64,000 bases of DNA from an uncultured delta proteobacterium (GTDB lineage Bacteria; Desulfobacterota; Zymogenia; Zymogenales; Zymogenaceae): contig CAWBYW010000007.1 of assembly GCA_963792965.1 (NCBI GenBank), forward strand, positions 32,001 to 96,000, written 5' to 3'. Every line of letters begins with the position of its first letter. The first letter of the stretch is position 1. This document shows, piece by piece, positions 21,228 through 31,099 of this stretch. The notes below the pieces were generated by a model. That model searched no databases. It was not told the origin of the DNA and saw only the letters and a program-made list of their open reading frames with translations. Made by a program: the position numbers and the translations under genes.

Positions 21228-22143
21228 ATGACGACCAAGAAGGGCGTTATCGCCGATCTCCTCCTTGTACTCATCTGCGTCTTTTGGGGGATGTCGTTTA
21301 TCATGGTGAAGCTCGCCATCAAGGAGCTTGACCTGTTCTGGTTTATTTTTCTCCGCTTTGCCCTCGCGGCGGCGGCGCTGCTGGTCGTTTTCGCCGGCCG
21401 GCTCAAAAGATACAACTGGCCGGTCTTCCGCGACGGATTCATCCTCGGGTCCGTCAACTTCATGACATTTTTTTTGCAGACAACCGGGCTCAAATTCACG
21501 TCGGCGTCCAATGCGGGGTTCATCACGGGGCTGCACGTGATCCTGGTCCCTTTCATCCTGGCGGTCTTTTTCAGGCGGATGCCGGCCGTCACCGCCACGA
21601 TCGGGGCGGTGCTGGCGGCCGTGGGGCTCTCGCTCATCACGGTCGGCGACGACCTCTCGATTAACAGGGGCGACATCTGGGTGCTCGCCTGTTCGGTCAG
21701 CGTGGCATTTCACGTGATCCTGACGGGGTGGTATGCGGTAAAGCACGATGTCTATCTGGTGGCGGTTACACAGCTCATCGCGATGACCTTCTGGGCGGGG
21801 TGCTCGGCCGCTGTACGTCGGCCATGCGCCGACGTCACTTTCCACGTACGTGATTATCGCGATCGTCTTTCTCGGGCTCGTTGCCACGGCCTTCAACTTC
21901 ACGGTGCAGACCTGGGCACAGCAGTACACCTCGCCGACGCGGGCGGCCGTGATTTTCACCACGGAGCCGGTCTTCTCGGCCTTCTTCGCCTGGTGGTGGG
22001 GCGGCGAGCTCCTCAAGAGCCGGGGCTACTTAGGTGCGGGATTGATTCTTGTGGGCATTATCCTTTCCGAGCTCAAATCCCGGGAGTGGCGGGAGGAGGA
22101 AAAGATCGTCGGAAAGGGGCCGAAGAAAGAGGAGAAGGGGTGA
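21228..22143 (+). CDS. EamA/DMT family transporter (frameshift near 21800-21850)
   Basis: FWGMSFIMVK, LQTTGLKFTSASNAGFITGL, GDIWVLAC; the second frame has QTWAQQYTSPTRAAVIFTTEPVFS. Confidence 0.85.
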
Positions 22144-22564
22144 CCAGGCGGGGCCGACGCCGCTCCGTCCAGAATCGAGCACCCTTTAGTATATCGTTTT
22201 GTAAGGAGCTCAGAGGGCTCCGTCATTTATCGAGCACCGTCACGATACGTGAGCCGGCCGGCCATCAGTAGCGCCCCTCCCTGAGTCGACAACATGGTAC
22301 TCCCAGCGCCCCTGCCGGAGCCCCCGTGCCTCTCCGCGAAACCGTTGTCATTATAGAAGGCCTCGGCTCTTTCAACGTCGCAACGGCCGCAACCGCCTCG
22401 ACGGCGCAGAGGTCGTCCTTTGAGAGCTGAATTTAGCGACGGCAAAGGTCATCTCTCATTAATCCTGCAGATACGTCGGATTTGTCGACGAGTTGGGCCG
22501 AAACGTCGGACGACTTTCAACGCTTTGGATACTACATGCCCGGGTATCGTATGTGAAGGATTGA

Positions 22565-22593
22565 TTTACTTTTTAGGGGTTTTCTGGTATACT
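22565..22593 (+). promoter_or_regulatory. sigma70 promoter with extended -10, probably giving a leaderless transcript
   Basis: TTTACT-17nt-TATACT with TG; the ATG at 22601 is 7 nt past the -10 and has no SD. Confidence 0.55.
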
Positions 22594-22600
22594 AATTTAA

Positions 22601-24406
22601 ATGAACGAATTGACACTAATACGACAACTTGAGCGGCTGTTGGATCGAACGCTCGAGGGGCAGAGGGTCGAAGAGAAGGATCTCGTCGGCCTTTCCTTCG
22701 AGGAGCGTCTGTGGCTCATCCAGCGGTCGCCCGTGCGGACAAAGGCCAACCTTATCATCTCTTCCCCCGACCCGGTCAAGCTCCTCAAGAAGCTCTCACC
22801 CCAGGAGATATACCTGACGCTGAAGGAATCGTGGGGAAATGACGCCGCGATCATCCTGGAGATGACCCCCCCGGACAAGATCGTCCGTCTGTTGGACATG
22901 GATATCTGGAGGCATGATCGAATCGACTTCGTCAAATTCACGGAGTGGCTCCAGCTCCTCTCCGAGGGGGGCGATCGGATCCTCACCAAGAGCCTCTTCT
23001 CCCTCGACGAGGCGCTCCTTGTGCTCTTTTTCAAGGAGATCATCGAGGTGACGCCGCGGAACCTTGATCAGGACCACCTCGAGTTCGCTGACGGAGGTTG
23101 GTACAGCTTTGATTACTTCTACTATTTCAGGCCGGTCAGTGAGGAGATAGACTTCGACTTCGTCTCCAATCTCCTCATGCAGTTTTTCGAATATGAGCCC
23201 GAATACTATAAGGTGATCATGGAAGGGGTCATGGGTGAGCTTCCCTCACCGACCGAGGAGGAAGCCTATCAGCTGCGCACCTCGCGCATGTCCATGATCG
23301 GTTTTCCGGAGTTCTTCGAGGCCCGGGAGCTCTTCCTGTTTGAAGATCCCGAGAAGATCGCCCGGGAGATCAAGGCGGAGACGGGAAAGATCATTTATCT
23401 CAACGAGCAGCAGGCACGGGAGCTCCCCCCGCACTATTGGCTCATCCCAGACAAGAGCGGCGGTTTCTTCGAGGATCTTATGGATGACGCTGCCGACGTT
23501 GCCGAGGACGCCTGTCTCTTCTGGGAGCTTTCCTACCTGGTGCACAAGTTAGTGGCCGCGTCAGGGGGGGATCTGTCGGATACCGAGGAGCTGGTCGCGT
23601 CGTGTCAGACGGCGCGTGACTACATCAATCTCGGCCTCGAATATCTGGAGGGCGACATCGCTGACGAGGGTAGGAGGATTATCCGAGAGGTCTATCTTCA
23701 GCGGATTTTCCGGCTCGGGTATATGCTTGCCCTCGGGCTCAAGAAGAAAGGCGATCTCCTGATTTCGCGCCTCGGGCAGGTCGTTGACCCGTCCCTGTGG
23801 GGTGAATCCTCGGAAAGGGTGATCAACGGGCTTGTGGGAAAACGGCCGCTCTTCTACCGGGGTCTGGTCGACGGCACGGACGGCTACCGCAATTTCAGGA
23901 CGCTGGCCGATATCAAGGCCGTTACGGATTTTCTCGGAGGGCTCTCGGCGAGAGTCTACCTCATTTCACGGATTATCGAAATCCCCGACGATGTCAAGCC
24001 ATGGTTGATCAAGAACGCGAAGCTCCGAGACTGGGGGCCGGGTCATCTCTTCATGACGGGATGCGTGCGGGCATGTCTGACGGGAGCGTGGGAGGTAAAA
24101 CCGCTTTCAGCCGGTGAGGTAAGGGCGTTTTCGGATCTGTTGAGGAATAATCACGCCGTCCCCGACGGCGCCCTCAACGAGGTGGAAAAGATCATCAAAG
24201 AGATGGCTCAGCACGAGGGGGAGGATTTTGCGGCCCATGCCGTGGCGTTTGTCAGAGAGGCGTATGAGGGGTTTGTCCGGGAGCTGGCGGCGATCCAGGG
24301 GCCCGGGGGTATCGATGCGCGCTTTATTACGGGCGTCATCCTCTCGGAGCCGTCGCAGCAGGGAAAGAGGGGTGCCGCTGAGATAAAAAAATCCCCCTCG
24401 TCCTAA
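22601..24406 (+). CDS. Conserved deltaproteobacterial protein, DUF6178-like
   Basis: 601-aa acidic helical protein. Segments EIYLTLKE...LLDMDIWRHD and EEEAYQLRTSRMSMIGFP..EA resemble DUF6178 as I recall it (not searched). Confidence 0.65.
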   Translation: MNELTLIRQLERLLDRTLEGQRVEEKDLVGLSFEERLWLIQRSPVRTKANLIISSPDPVKLLKKLSPQEIYLTLKESWGNDAAIILEMTPPDKIVRLLDMDIWRHDRIDFVKFTEWLQLLSEGGDRILTKSLFSLDEALLVLFFKEIIEVTPRNLDQDHLEFADGGWYSFDYFYYFRPVSEEIDFDFVSNLLMQFFEYEPEYYKVIMEGVMGELPSPTEEEAYQLRTSRMSMIGFPEFFEARELFLFEDPEKIAREIKAETGKIIYLNEQQARELPPHYWLIPDKSGGFFEDLMDDAADVAEDACLFWELSYLVHKLVAASGGDLSDTEELVASCQTARDYINLGLEYLEGDIADEGRRIIREVYLQRIFRLGYMLALGLKKKGDLLISRLGQVVDPSLWGESSERVINGLVGKRPLFYRGLVDGTDGYRNFRTLADIKAVTDFLGGLSARVYLISRIIEIPDDVKPWLIKNAKLRDWGPGHLFMTGCVRACLTGAWEVKPLSAGEVRAFSDLLRNNHAVPDGALNEVEKIIKEMAQHEGEDFAAHAVAFVREAYEGFVRELAAIQGPGGIDARFITGVILSEPSQQGKRGAAEIKKSPSS

Positions 24407-24442
24407 TCAGATCATACCCGATAACGAGGGGGAGATTTTTTT
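24385..24442. terminator. Bidirectional terminator between convergent genes
   Basis: A7-TCCCCCTCGT ... ACGAGGGGGA-GA-T7: an inverted repeat flanked by A and T tracts. Confidence 0.75.
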
Positions 24443-24444
24443 GC

Positions 24445-24708
24445 CTACTCGGTTTGGATTCTGTCGACATTCGCCCAGGGTACTTCCACAAGGCCGTAGT
24501 CCTGGGTTAGAAACATCACCGTTCCCGTCGGGTGCTCACCAAAGGCGACGCCCTCGGTTCTGCTTTTGTACCACAGCACTTTGTGATATGTGGTGCCGTC
24601 CTTAAGGAGCACCGCATATCCCCCGTGGGTGATGACGCCGTATCCGATGCAGCCCGCCAGGCTTACGGTGAACAGGAGGAAAACAAACAAGGCGATCGTT
24701 TTCTTCAT
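24445..24708 (-). CDS. Small hypothetical lipoprotein (87 aa)
   Basis: MKKTIALFVFLLFTVSLAG-C lipobox; small beta-rich mature part; G-rich SD. Confidence 0.75.
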   Translation of the reverse strand: MKKTIALFVFLLFTVSLAGCIGYGVITHGGYAVLLKDGTTYHKVLWYKSRTEGVAFGEHPTGTVMFLTQDYGLVEVPWANVDRIQTE

Positions 24709-24790
24709 GGGTTCCCCCCCCAATAAATGTGCTAAAATTATCCTACTTTTCGGTACTTGCTGTCAATATAAAACGTTTTCTAAGGGCCTG

Positions 24791-24808
24791 CTGTGATTTT
24801 ACTCACAG
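24791..24808. promoter_or_regulatory. CRP/FNR-family (CRP/HcpR-like) operator palindrome
   Basis: CTGTGA-TTTTAC-TCACAG, a perfect TGTGA-N6-TCACA, in a divergent intergenic region. Confidence 0.6.
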
Positions 24809-24893
24809 AGAAGGGGTAAAACGGGGCTTTTCGCGGGTCTGTTCGTCGATCGGTAGCGTCTTTTCCCAAGAAAACGGTTCATGTAGGGGGTTC

Positions 24894-27530
24894 ATGAAGG
24901 GGGAAAGGTCTTTCTTAGGCACGACCGTCAAGAGGGTCGCGCTCATATCCGCACTGGCCGCCTTCGTGGCATCAACGGCCACGGTCATCGTTTTCTTCTT
25001 TTCCTTTCGGGAAGAGCTGATCACGAACGCCGTGCGACGGATCGTGGAACAGACCGTCGGGTATCGGGTATCCCTTGTGGGGATACGACCCGTCTCGCTT
25101 AACGCGGTTTCCGTCGACGATATCGACCTTGTGCTCGGCTCTACCACCATTTCCTCGGGACCGACGGTACTGGGATTTCGACTCGGCATCAGCCCGCTCG
25201 TGTCCGTACGAAAGGTTTCGATGGAACATCCCTCTATCTCACTTGACCTGTCAAAAGAAGGAACGGGGAACGGTGCCGATATCATCAACCGCCTTATGCG
25301 GATGGACATCGATATCGCCGGGGGCGATCTCGCGATAATCGAAAAAGGGAAGCGCTATAGACTGGTCGGCCTCGATATGAGCTATACGCACGGCCTGTTC
25401 GGAAAAAAGCTTTCTCTGTCCGGGTCCGCGCGTACCGAGGGGAGCGCAGATGGAGCGATCCTCGGCGGGCCTTTTTGGGTCCAGATGCGCGTGACGGGCG
25501 ACTATCCGAAGATTACAGCGCGGGGAACGATAACGACGCGGCGATCGGGCTGGCGGATCGATAACTACCTTTTTTCGTGGGGGCAACTCGACGCCCGCGT
25601 CTCCCTTGATGAGGTTGGTCTGGAGGCGACCGATGCCAGGGTTACGGATTTTTCCTTGGTCGAGGAGAAGGTCGGCCTGAAGCTCGACGGAATCAGCGGC
25701 ACGGGCGCGATGAAAAACGAGAACAACGGCCCGTTCACCTTACGTGATGTGAGGCTTTCGGCACCTCGCCTCGGTGATGTCTCGCTTGACCTGATAGTCA
25801 ACGAGGACGGAAGATGGAAAGTGGGGGCGTCGTCCGATTCTCTCACGTTATCGTCCGAGAGTGTGCGGAGGCTGGGCCACTTCGTCCCTGATTTCTTTTA
25901 TGGCTGGGGAGCAAAGGGGAGGGTGCGCGGCGCGCTCACGATGGGAACCGTCGACACCGAGGATGGGAGTATCGCCGGAAACCTCGATGCGACCCTGATT
26001 GACGCCGGATTTTCCTCACCGGATTCGCTCTACCTCGGGGAAGGGGTTTCCGGGAATGTCGTGCTCCGGTTCAGAGATGACGTTAAGGGCGGATTTTCGT
26101 TCGAAGCCAACGCTGTCGCCCACGATTTCCAGCTCCTTCTGGCCGATTTCTTCATGAACTTCAAAGACACGAGGATTTCGGCATCACTGGAAGGAACGCT
26201 CGTCAATCCGGGAGAGGTGAAAGACCTTGACTGTGAGCTCGCGATCCCCAATGTCCTGTCGTCCCGTGTTGCGGGTGACATCGACTACAGCGGTGCGAAA
26301 ACGAGGGTGAACCTCACCTGCGCGGCGCGGGCGCTGGACTTAGGAAAGGCCTTTGACCTCTTCTTGAGGGAATTCTTCAGGAACCGCGCCCCGTCCCTCT
26401 ACACGGGGCAGATGATGGGGTCGCTCTCTTTTCGAGGAGCAATCGCGGGGGACCTGTCCGCGCCCAAAGTCAGCGGATATGCCGCGATCGAGGGCGCATC
26501 GATCGACCTTCCCGATATCGGTACAAAGATCGAAGGGCTCGAGGCCGCCGTCCCCTTTTCGGTCGACCTGTCGAGCTCGGTCCTGGGCGACACGTCCCCA
26601 CGGTTTGAGCCCCGCGACTTCGGCACGATCGCCTTTTCGCGCGCGGTCGTCGGGGGCGTGGAGATCGGGGAGACCGCATTTTCGCCCGCATTGGTAAACA
26701 ACGCCCTCTCCTTTAAGGATGAGGTAAGGCTTCCGATTTCCGGCGGCTCGATCAAGGTCGGAGGTTTTGCGGCCAAAGATATCTTTAACGAAAACAGGAC
26801 GGTGAGCCTCTCTCTCGATATTGAGGGTGTCGATATCGCCCGGATGTTCCCGAAGGAAAGGGCCGTCAATTTGGAGGGGGGGCTCTCCGGCAATCTCTCC
26901 GAGGTCAGGGTCGCGGACAAAAAACTGTTTACTTCGGGAGGGCTTACTGCTACAATATTTGGAGGGAAGGTGACGATAGGGAATATCTGGGGAGAAAACG
27001 TCTTTGACGCGGGAAGACGGCTCGGGTGTGACGTGGCGTTTTCAGACCTGGATCTGGGCATGCTGACTCAAACCATCGACGTGGGCAAGGTCACCGGGAT
27101 CGCGGAAGGACGGATAGCCGGCTTGACTTTCTCGTACGGGGAACCGGAGCGATTTGTGTTTGATTTCTCTACGGTCGAAAAACGAGGGGCAAGAAAGCGG
27201 GTCAGCGTCGATTTTGTCGATAAGCTCACCATCCTCGGGTCCGGATCGAGCCTCCTCTCGGGGGTTTTAGGAGGCGCCGTCAAGCGTTTCATTCATGAAT
27301 ATAACTATTCAAAGATCGGCATTCATCTCGAGCTTAAAGATGACTACTTCACGTTGAGGGGAACAATCCACGAGGGGAATAAAGAATATCTCATCAAACG
27401 CAGCGGCCTTACCGGTATCGACGTTATCAACCAGAATCCTGATAACAAGATCGGATTTAAAGATATGATGAAGAGGCTGGAGAGGATCAACGTGAAAAAC
27501 ACCAGTGATATCAGGATAGAAACACGCTAA
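24894..27530 (+). CDS. YdbH/AsmA-like inner-membrane-anchored beta-rich envelope protein
   Basis: One N-terminal TM (ALISALAAFVASTATVIVFFFSF), then about 850 aa of amphipathic beta strands. Immediately followed by a YnbE/YdbL-like gene. Confidence 0.7.
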   Translation: MKGERSFLGTTVKRVALISALAAFVASTATVIVFFFSFREELITNAVRRIVEQTVGYRVSLVGIRPVSLNAVSVDDIDLVLGSTTISSGPTVLGFRLGISPLVSVRKVSMEHPSISLDLSKEGTGNGADIINRLMRMDIDIAGGDLAIIEKGKRYRLVGLDMSYTHGLFGKKLSLSGSARTEGSADGAILGGPFWVQMRVTGDYPKITARGTITTRRSGWRIDNYLFSWGQLDARVSLDEVGLEATDARVTDFSLVEEKVGLKLDGISGTGAMKNENNGPFTLRDVRLSAPRLGDVSLDLIVNEDGRWKVGASSDSLTLSSESVRRLGHFVPDFFYGWGAKGRVRGALTMGTVDTEDGSIAGNLDATLIDAGFSSPDSLYLGEGVSGNVVLRFRDDVKGGFSFEANAVAHDFQLLLADFFMNFKDTRISASLEGTLVNPGEVKDLDCELAIPNVLSSRVAGDIDYSGAKTRVNLTCAARALDLGKAFDLFLREFFRNRAPSLYTGQMMGSLSFRGAIAGDLSAPKVSGYAAIEGASIDLPDIGTKIEGLEAAVPFSVDLSSSVLGDTSPRFEPRDFGTIAFSRAVVGGVEIGETAFSPALVNNALSFKDEVRLPISGGSIKVGGFAAKDIFNENRTVSLSLDIEGVDIARMFPKERAVNLEGGLSGNLSEVRVADKKLFTSGGLTATIFGGKVTIGNIWGENVFDAGRRLGCDVAFSDLDLGMLTQTIDVGKVTGIAEGRIAGLTFSYGEPERFVFDFSTVEKRGARKRVSVDFVDKLTILGSGSSLLSGVLGGAVKRFIHEYNYSKIGIHLELKDDYFTLRGTIHEGNKEYLIKRSGLTGIDVINQNPDNKIGFKDMMKRLERINVKNTSDIRIETR

Positions 27531-27551
27531 CTGCACGGGGAGGATTGTATC

Positions 27552-28133
27552 ATGATAAGGAGACTTGTACCGGCCACCGTTATTATGATTCTGCTGGTGA
27601 CGGCGTGCGTCACGGTGAACATATACTTCCCCGCCGAGGCGGTGAAGAAGGCGGCCGATGAGATCGTCAACGGCGTCTACGAAAAGGGAAAAGACAAGGG
27701 GAAAGATACAAAACCGGAGGGATCCCTGGAAGGGAGATATATGCTGGCCGGGATTTTCACCGACACCGCGTGGGCGCAGGTCGATATCAATATCTCCACG
27801 CCGGCCATCCGGGCAATCCGCTCCTCCATGGAAGCGCGCTTCGGCCAGCTCAGCCCCTACTATAACGGCGGCAACATCGGCATCACGAACCGGGGATATC
27901 TTGAGATCAGAAATCAGGCCGGCCTTGATATCGGGGCGGTGGGCAACCTCCGGGGCCTCGTGGACGCGGAGAACGGCGATCGGGCCAGGCTCTATCAGGA
28001 GATCGCGACGGCCAACAACCTGGGCTCGGCCTCTATCCCCCAGATCGAGCAGCTCTTTGCGCAGAGCTGGCAGAACCAGGCCGGCCCCGGCTGGTGGGTC
28101 CAGGGGGGCAACGGTTCCTGGGTAAAGAGGTAA
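27552..28133 (+). CDS. YnbE-YdbL (DUF1318)-like lipoprotein
   Basis: Lipobox LVTA-C, then VTVNIYFPAEAVKKAADEIV; C-terminal GNIGITNRGYL...VDAENGDRARLYQEIA...FAQSW...PGWWVQ...GSWVKR. Confidence 0.8.
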   Translation: MIRRLVPATVIMILLVTACVTVNIYFPAEAVKKAADEIVNGVYEKGKDKGKDTKPEGSLEGRYMLAGIFTDTAWAQVDINISTPAIRAIRSSMEARFGQLSPYYNGGNIGITNRGYLEIRNQAGLDIGAVGNLRGLVDAENGDRARLYQEIATANNLGSASIPQIEQLFAQSWQNQAGPGWWVQGGNGSWVKR

Positions 28134-28139
28134 TGAATA

Positions 28140-28358
28140 ATGCCCATATTTGAATTTGTCTGCGGCGGCTGCGGGCACGAGTTCGAGGAGCTGGTGATGT
28201 CCCGGAGCTCCGAAGTGGTCTGCCCGAAGTGTTCCTCAACAGAAGTAAACAAGCAGATGTCGGTCTGCGCGGTCAAGAGCAGCACGAAGTTCACTTCGAC
28301 CTCATCGGGCGCCGGCTGCGGAAGTTGCGGGTCGAAAAATTGCGGCAGCTGCCATTGA
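28140..28358 (+). CDS. FmdB family zinc-ribbon protein
   Basis: MPIFEFVCGGCGHEFEEL...CPKC, with a C-terminal CGSCGSKNCGSCH tail. Confidence 0.9.
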   Translation: MPIFEFVCGGCGHEFEELVMSRSSEVVCPKCSSTEVNKQMSVCAVKSSTKFTSTSSGAGCGSCGSKNCGSCH

Positions 28359-28380
28359 CGATACGTCAGGGAGGCCTGGG

Positions 28381-29880
28381 ATGATGAGTTTTAGAAAGGC
28401 TGTCTCCCTCCTTTTGTTCTTCCTCATCCTTTTCTCCGTCCCATCCTATCTGCGCGGCGAGGAAACAAAACGTCAGGGAAAGGTTCGAGAGCCCGCAGTG
28501 GCCGGCTCTTTCTATCCCTCGGACCCGAAAGAGCTCCGGTCGATGATCGAGGGATTCCTCTCGGAGGCGCCCCGGACCACGGTGCCCGGAAAAACCATCG
28601 CGATCGTCTCCCCCCACGCCGGCTATATCTACTCGGGGAAGACCGCCGCGGCGGGGTATAAGACGCTGGAGGGGCTCTCGTTTGATACCGTCATCGTGAT
28701 CGGACCGAGCCACCACTATGCCTTCGACGGGGCGGCGATCTACGCGGACGGACCGTACCGGACGCCGCTGGGCGACGTGCCGCTCGACACCGCGTTAATC
28801 GATGCAATCAAGAAGAGCGGCGAGGGGATCACGACCGACCCGGTCTTCCAGGAGACGGAGCACTCGGTCGAGGTCGAGATACCCTTCCTGCAGGTGGTGC
28901 TCGGGAATTTCAAGCTTGTCCCGATCGTGATGGGGAGCCGTAATTTGGCGGCGTGCGAGGATCTCGCACAGGCCATCGCCGGTGCCGTGGGGACTAAAAA
29001 GGTCCTGATCGTGGCGTCCTCGGACCTCTCGCACTACTATCCGAGGGATGTGGCGAAAAAGCTTGACGGGGTCTTCCGGAGTTTCCTGGCGAAAAACGAT
29101 CCTGACGGGATGTATGACTCGTTTGTCACGAAGAAGAGCGAGGCGTGCGGAGGCGGTCCCGTTGTGACGACACTCCTGGCTGCAAAGTCGCTCGGATCGA
29201 CGGGGGTCGTTGTGACAAAATACGATGACAGCGGGACTGAGACCGGAGACACCAGCGCCGTCGTCGGCTACATGTCGGCGGTCGTCTACGGGCGGGGAGG
29301 CCCGCCGGCGGGCGAGGGCGATACGGGCGGGGGACTGCTTTCCGCCGCCGAAAAGAAGAAGCTCTTGTCCATCGCGCGCACGAGCATCGAGTGCGGCCTC
29401 ACGGGGAAAGACTTCCCGAATTTCGGAGTAAGCTCTCCGGCGCTCAAGGAGATGGGGGCCGCATTCGTGACGCTGAAAAAGAACGGGGATCTCCGGGGAT
29501 GCATCGGCTATATAGAGCCGATACTTCCGCTCTGGGAGACGGTGAAGGAAGTCGCGGCGGAAGCGGCCTTCCATGATCAACGCGTTTCCCGGAAGCTGTC
29601 GAAAGATGAGCTCAAAGATATCACCATCGAGATCTCGGTACTGTCCAAGCTCAGCCGATCAAGAGCGTCGAACGAGATCGTCATCGGGAGAGACGGGGTG
29701 CAGATTCGCAAGGACGGCAGGTCAGGCATCTTTCTCCCCCAGGTGCCGGTCGAGCAGGGCTGGGGCCTGGACGAGTATCTCCAAAACCTCTGCGAAAAGG
29801 CCGGGCTCATGCCTAACGACTGGAAACAGAAGGATGCCCGGCTCTTTACTTTTACGGCGGACGTCTTCTCGGAGGAATAG
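28381..29880 (+). CDS. amrB: AmmeMemoRadiSam protein B (Memo-like) fused to protein A (AMMECR1-like), with an N-terminal signal peptide
   Basis: Memo motifs REPAVAGSFYP, PHAGYIYSG, GPSH, EHSVEV, ASSDLSHY, EACG, VVGY. AMMECR1 motifs GAAFVTL...LRGCIG, EISVLS, GIFLPQV, LCEKAG. Hydrophobic leader MSFRKAVSLLLFFLILFSVPSYLRG. Confidence 0.92.
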   Translation: MMSFRKAVSLLLFFLILFSVPSYLRGEETKRQGKVREPAVAGSFYPSDPKELRSMIEGFLSEAPRTTVPGKTIAIVSPHAGYIYSGKTAAAGYKTLEGLSFDTVIVIGPSHHYAFDGAAIYADGPYRTPLGDVPLDTALIDAIKKSGEGITTDPVFQETEHSVEVEIPFLQVVLGNFKLVPIVMGSRNLAACEDLAQAIAGAVGTKKVLIVASSDLSHYYPRDVAKKLDGVFRSFLAKNDPDGMYDSFVTKKSEACGGGPVVTTLLAAKSLGSTGVVVTKYDDSGTETGDTSAVVGYMSAVVYGRGGPPAGEGDTGGGLLSAAEKKKLLSIARTSIECGLTGKDFPNFGVSSPALKEMGAAFVTLKKNGDLRGCIGYIEPILPLWETVKEVAAEAAFHDQRVSRKLSKDELKDITIEISVLSKLSRSRASNEIVIGRDGVQIRKDGRSGIFLPQVPVEQGWGLDEYLQNLCEKAGLMPNDWKQKDARLFTFTADVFSEE

Positions 29881-29884
29881 CATC

Positions 29885-31099
29885 ATGAGTCGGGAAGGGA
29901 AATCCAAGGAAGAAACCGGAAAAAAGCGATTTTCCCGCAGGGCATTCCTGGGGACGGCGTCGGTCTGCGCCCTCGGCGTGTGCGCCGCGGGACTCCCGTC
30001 TTACGCCCGTGCGGAGGAAATCGGAAAGAGCCAAGATAACGATGAGATCGGCTACCCCGCGCGCGGATTCATGACGCCGAGGGAATCGCCCCTCTACATG
30101 CCGCTTGGCAATGGTGCGATCATGTGCCTCCTCTGCCCGCGGGGCTGCACCGTGGCGGAGGGAAAGCGCGGCCATTGCGAGGTGCGGGAGAACCGGAAAG
30201 GGAAATATTACAGCCTCGTATACGGCAACCCGTGCGCCATCCACGTGGACCCGATCGAGAAGAAGCCCTTTTTCCACCTGATACCCGCCACGACCTCCTT
30301 TTCCATAGCCACGGCCGGGTGCAACTTCGACTGTAAATTCTGCCAGAACTTCGATATCTCTCAGGCCGTCCCGGAGGATACCGACAACTATCGGCTAACC
30401 CCCGCTGCACTCGTCAAGGAGGCGAAATCCTCGGGATCGGCGTCGGTCGCCTATACCTACGTGGAGCCGACGATCTTCTACGAGTATATGCTCGACTGCG
30501 CAAAAGCCGTCAAGGCGGCGGGTCTCATCAACGTCATGCACTCAAACGGCTTCATCAACCCCGGGCCGAGGAAGGAGCTTGCCACGTACCTGACGGGCGT
30601 CAACATCGACCTCAAGGGGTTCACCGAGGATTACTATGCGTCGATGAGCGAGGGGAGGCTTGCCCCGGTGCTCGACTCGATCAAGGGGTACAAGAAGGCG
30701 GGGGTGCACGTAGAGCTCACGACGCTTGTCGTCCCCACGAAAAACGACGACATCGGGACTATTACCAAGATGTCAGAGTGGATCAGGGACGAGGTGGGCA
30801 AGGAGACGCCGCTCCACTTTTCGAGGTTCATCCCCCTGTATAAGCTCAGGAATCTGCCGGACACCCCCGTGGAGACGCTGGAGGCGGCGCACGACGCTGC
30901 GAAAAAGGCCGGCCTTGAGTACGTCTATATCGGCAACGTACCGGGCCATAAGTACGAATCCACCTACTGCCCGAAATGCAAGGAGATCCTCATCTACCGC
31001 ATGGGCTACTTCGTCGGCGAGGTAAAGATCAAGAACGGGAAGTGCAAATTCTGCGGCTACCCGATCGCGGGGATCTGGCAGCTGCCGAAGTCGGCGTGA
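29885..31099 (+). CDS. amrS: AmmeMemoRadiSam radical SAM enzyme with a twin-arginine leader
   Basis: CLLCPRGC...GHCEVREN, VDPIEKKPFFH, GCNFDCKFCQN (CX3CX2C), AYTYVEP, NIDLK, PLHFSRF, YVYIGN, CPKC..CKFC. Leader SRRAFLG...ARA. GGAGG SD before ATG 29885. Confidence 0.93.
   Translation: MSREGKSKEETGKKRFSRRAFLGTASVCALGVCAAGLPSYARAEEIGKSQDNDEIGYPARGFMTPRESPLYMPLGNGAIMCLLCPRGCTVAEGKRGHCEVRENRKGKYYSLVYGNPCAIHVDPIEKKPFFHLIPATTSFSIATAGCNFDCKFCQNFDISQAVPEDTDNYRLTPAALVKEAKSSGSASVAYTYVEPTIFYEYMLDCAKAVKAAGLINVMHSNGFINPGPRKELATYLTGVNIDLKGFTEDYYASMSEGRLAPVLDSIKGYKKAGVHVELTTLVVPTKNDDIGTITKMSEWIRDEVGKETPLHFSRFIPLYKLRNLPDTPVETLEAAHDAAKKAGLEYVYIGNVPGHKYESTYCPKCKEILIYRMGYFVGEVKIKNGKCKFCGYPIAGIWQLPKSA

Noticed and set aside
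22144-22600. RNase P RNA, tmRNA or tRNA in the long spacer
   Set aside because: No GAGGAAAGTCC, no tRNA-like ends or T-loop, and no CCA end on either strand by eye.
29573-29884. 104-aa N-terminal extension of AmrS in the ORF track
   Set aside because: It overlaps the AMMECR1 domain of the upstream gene. The SD and Tat leader support a start at 29885.
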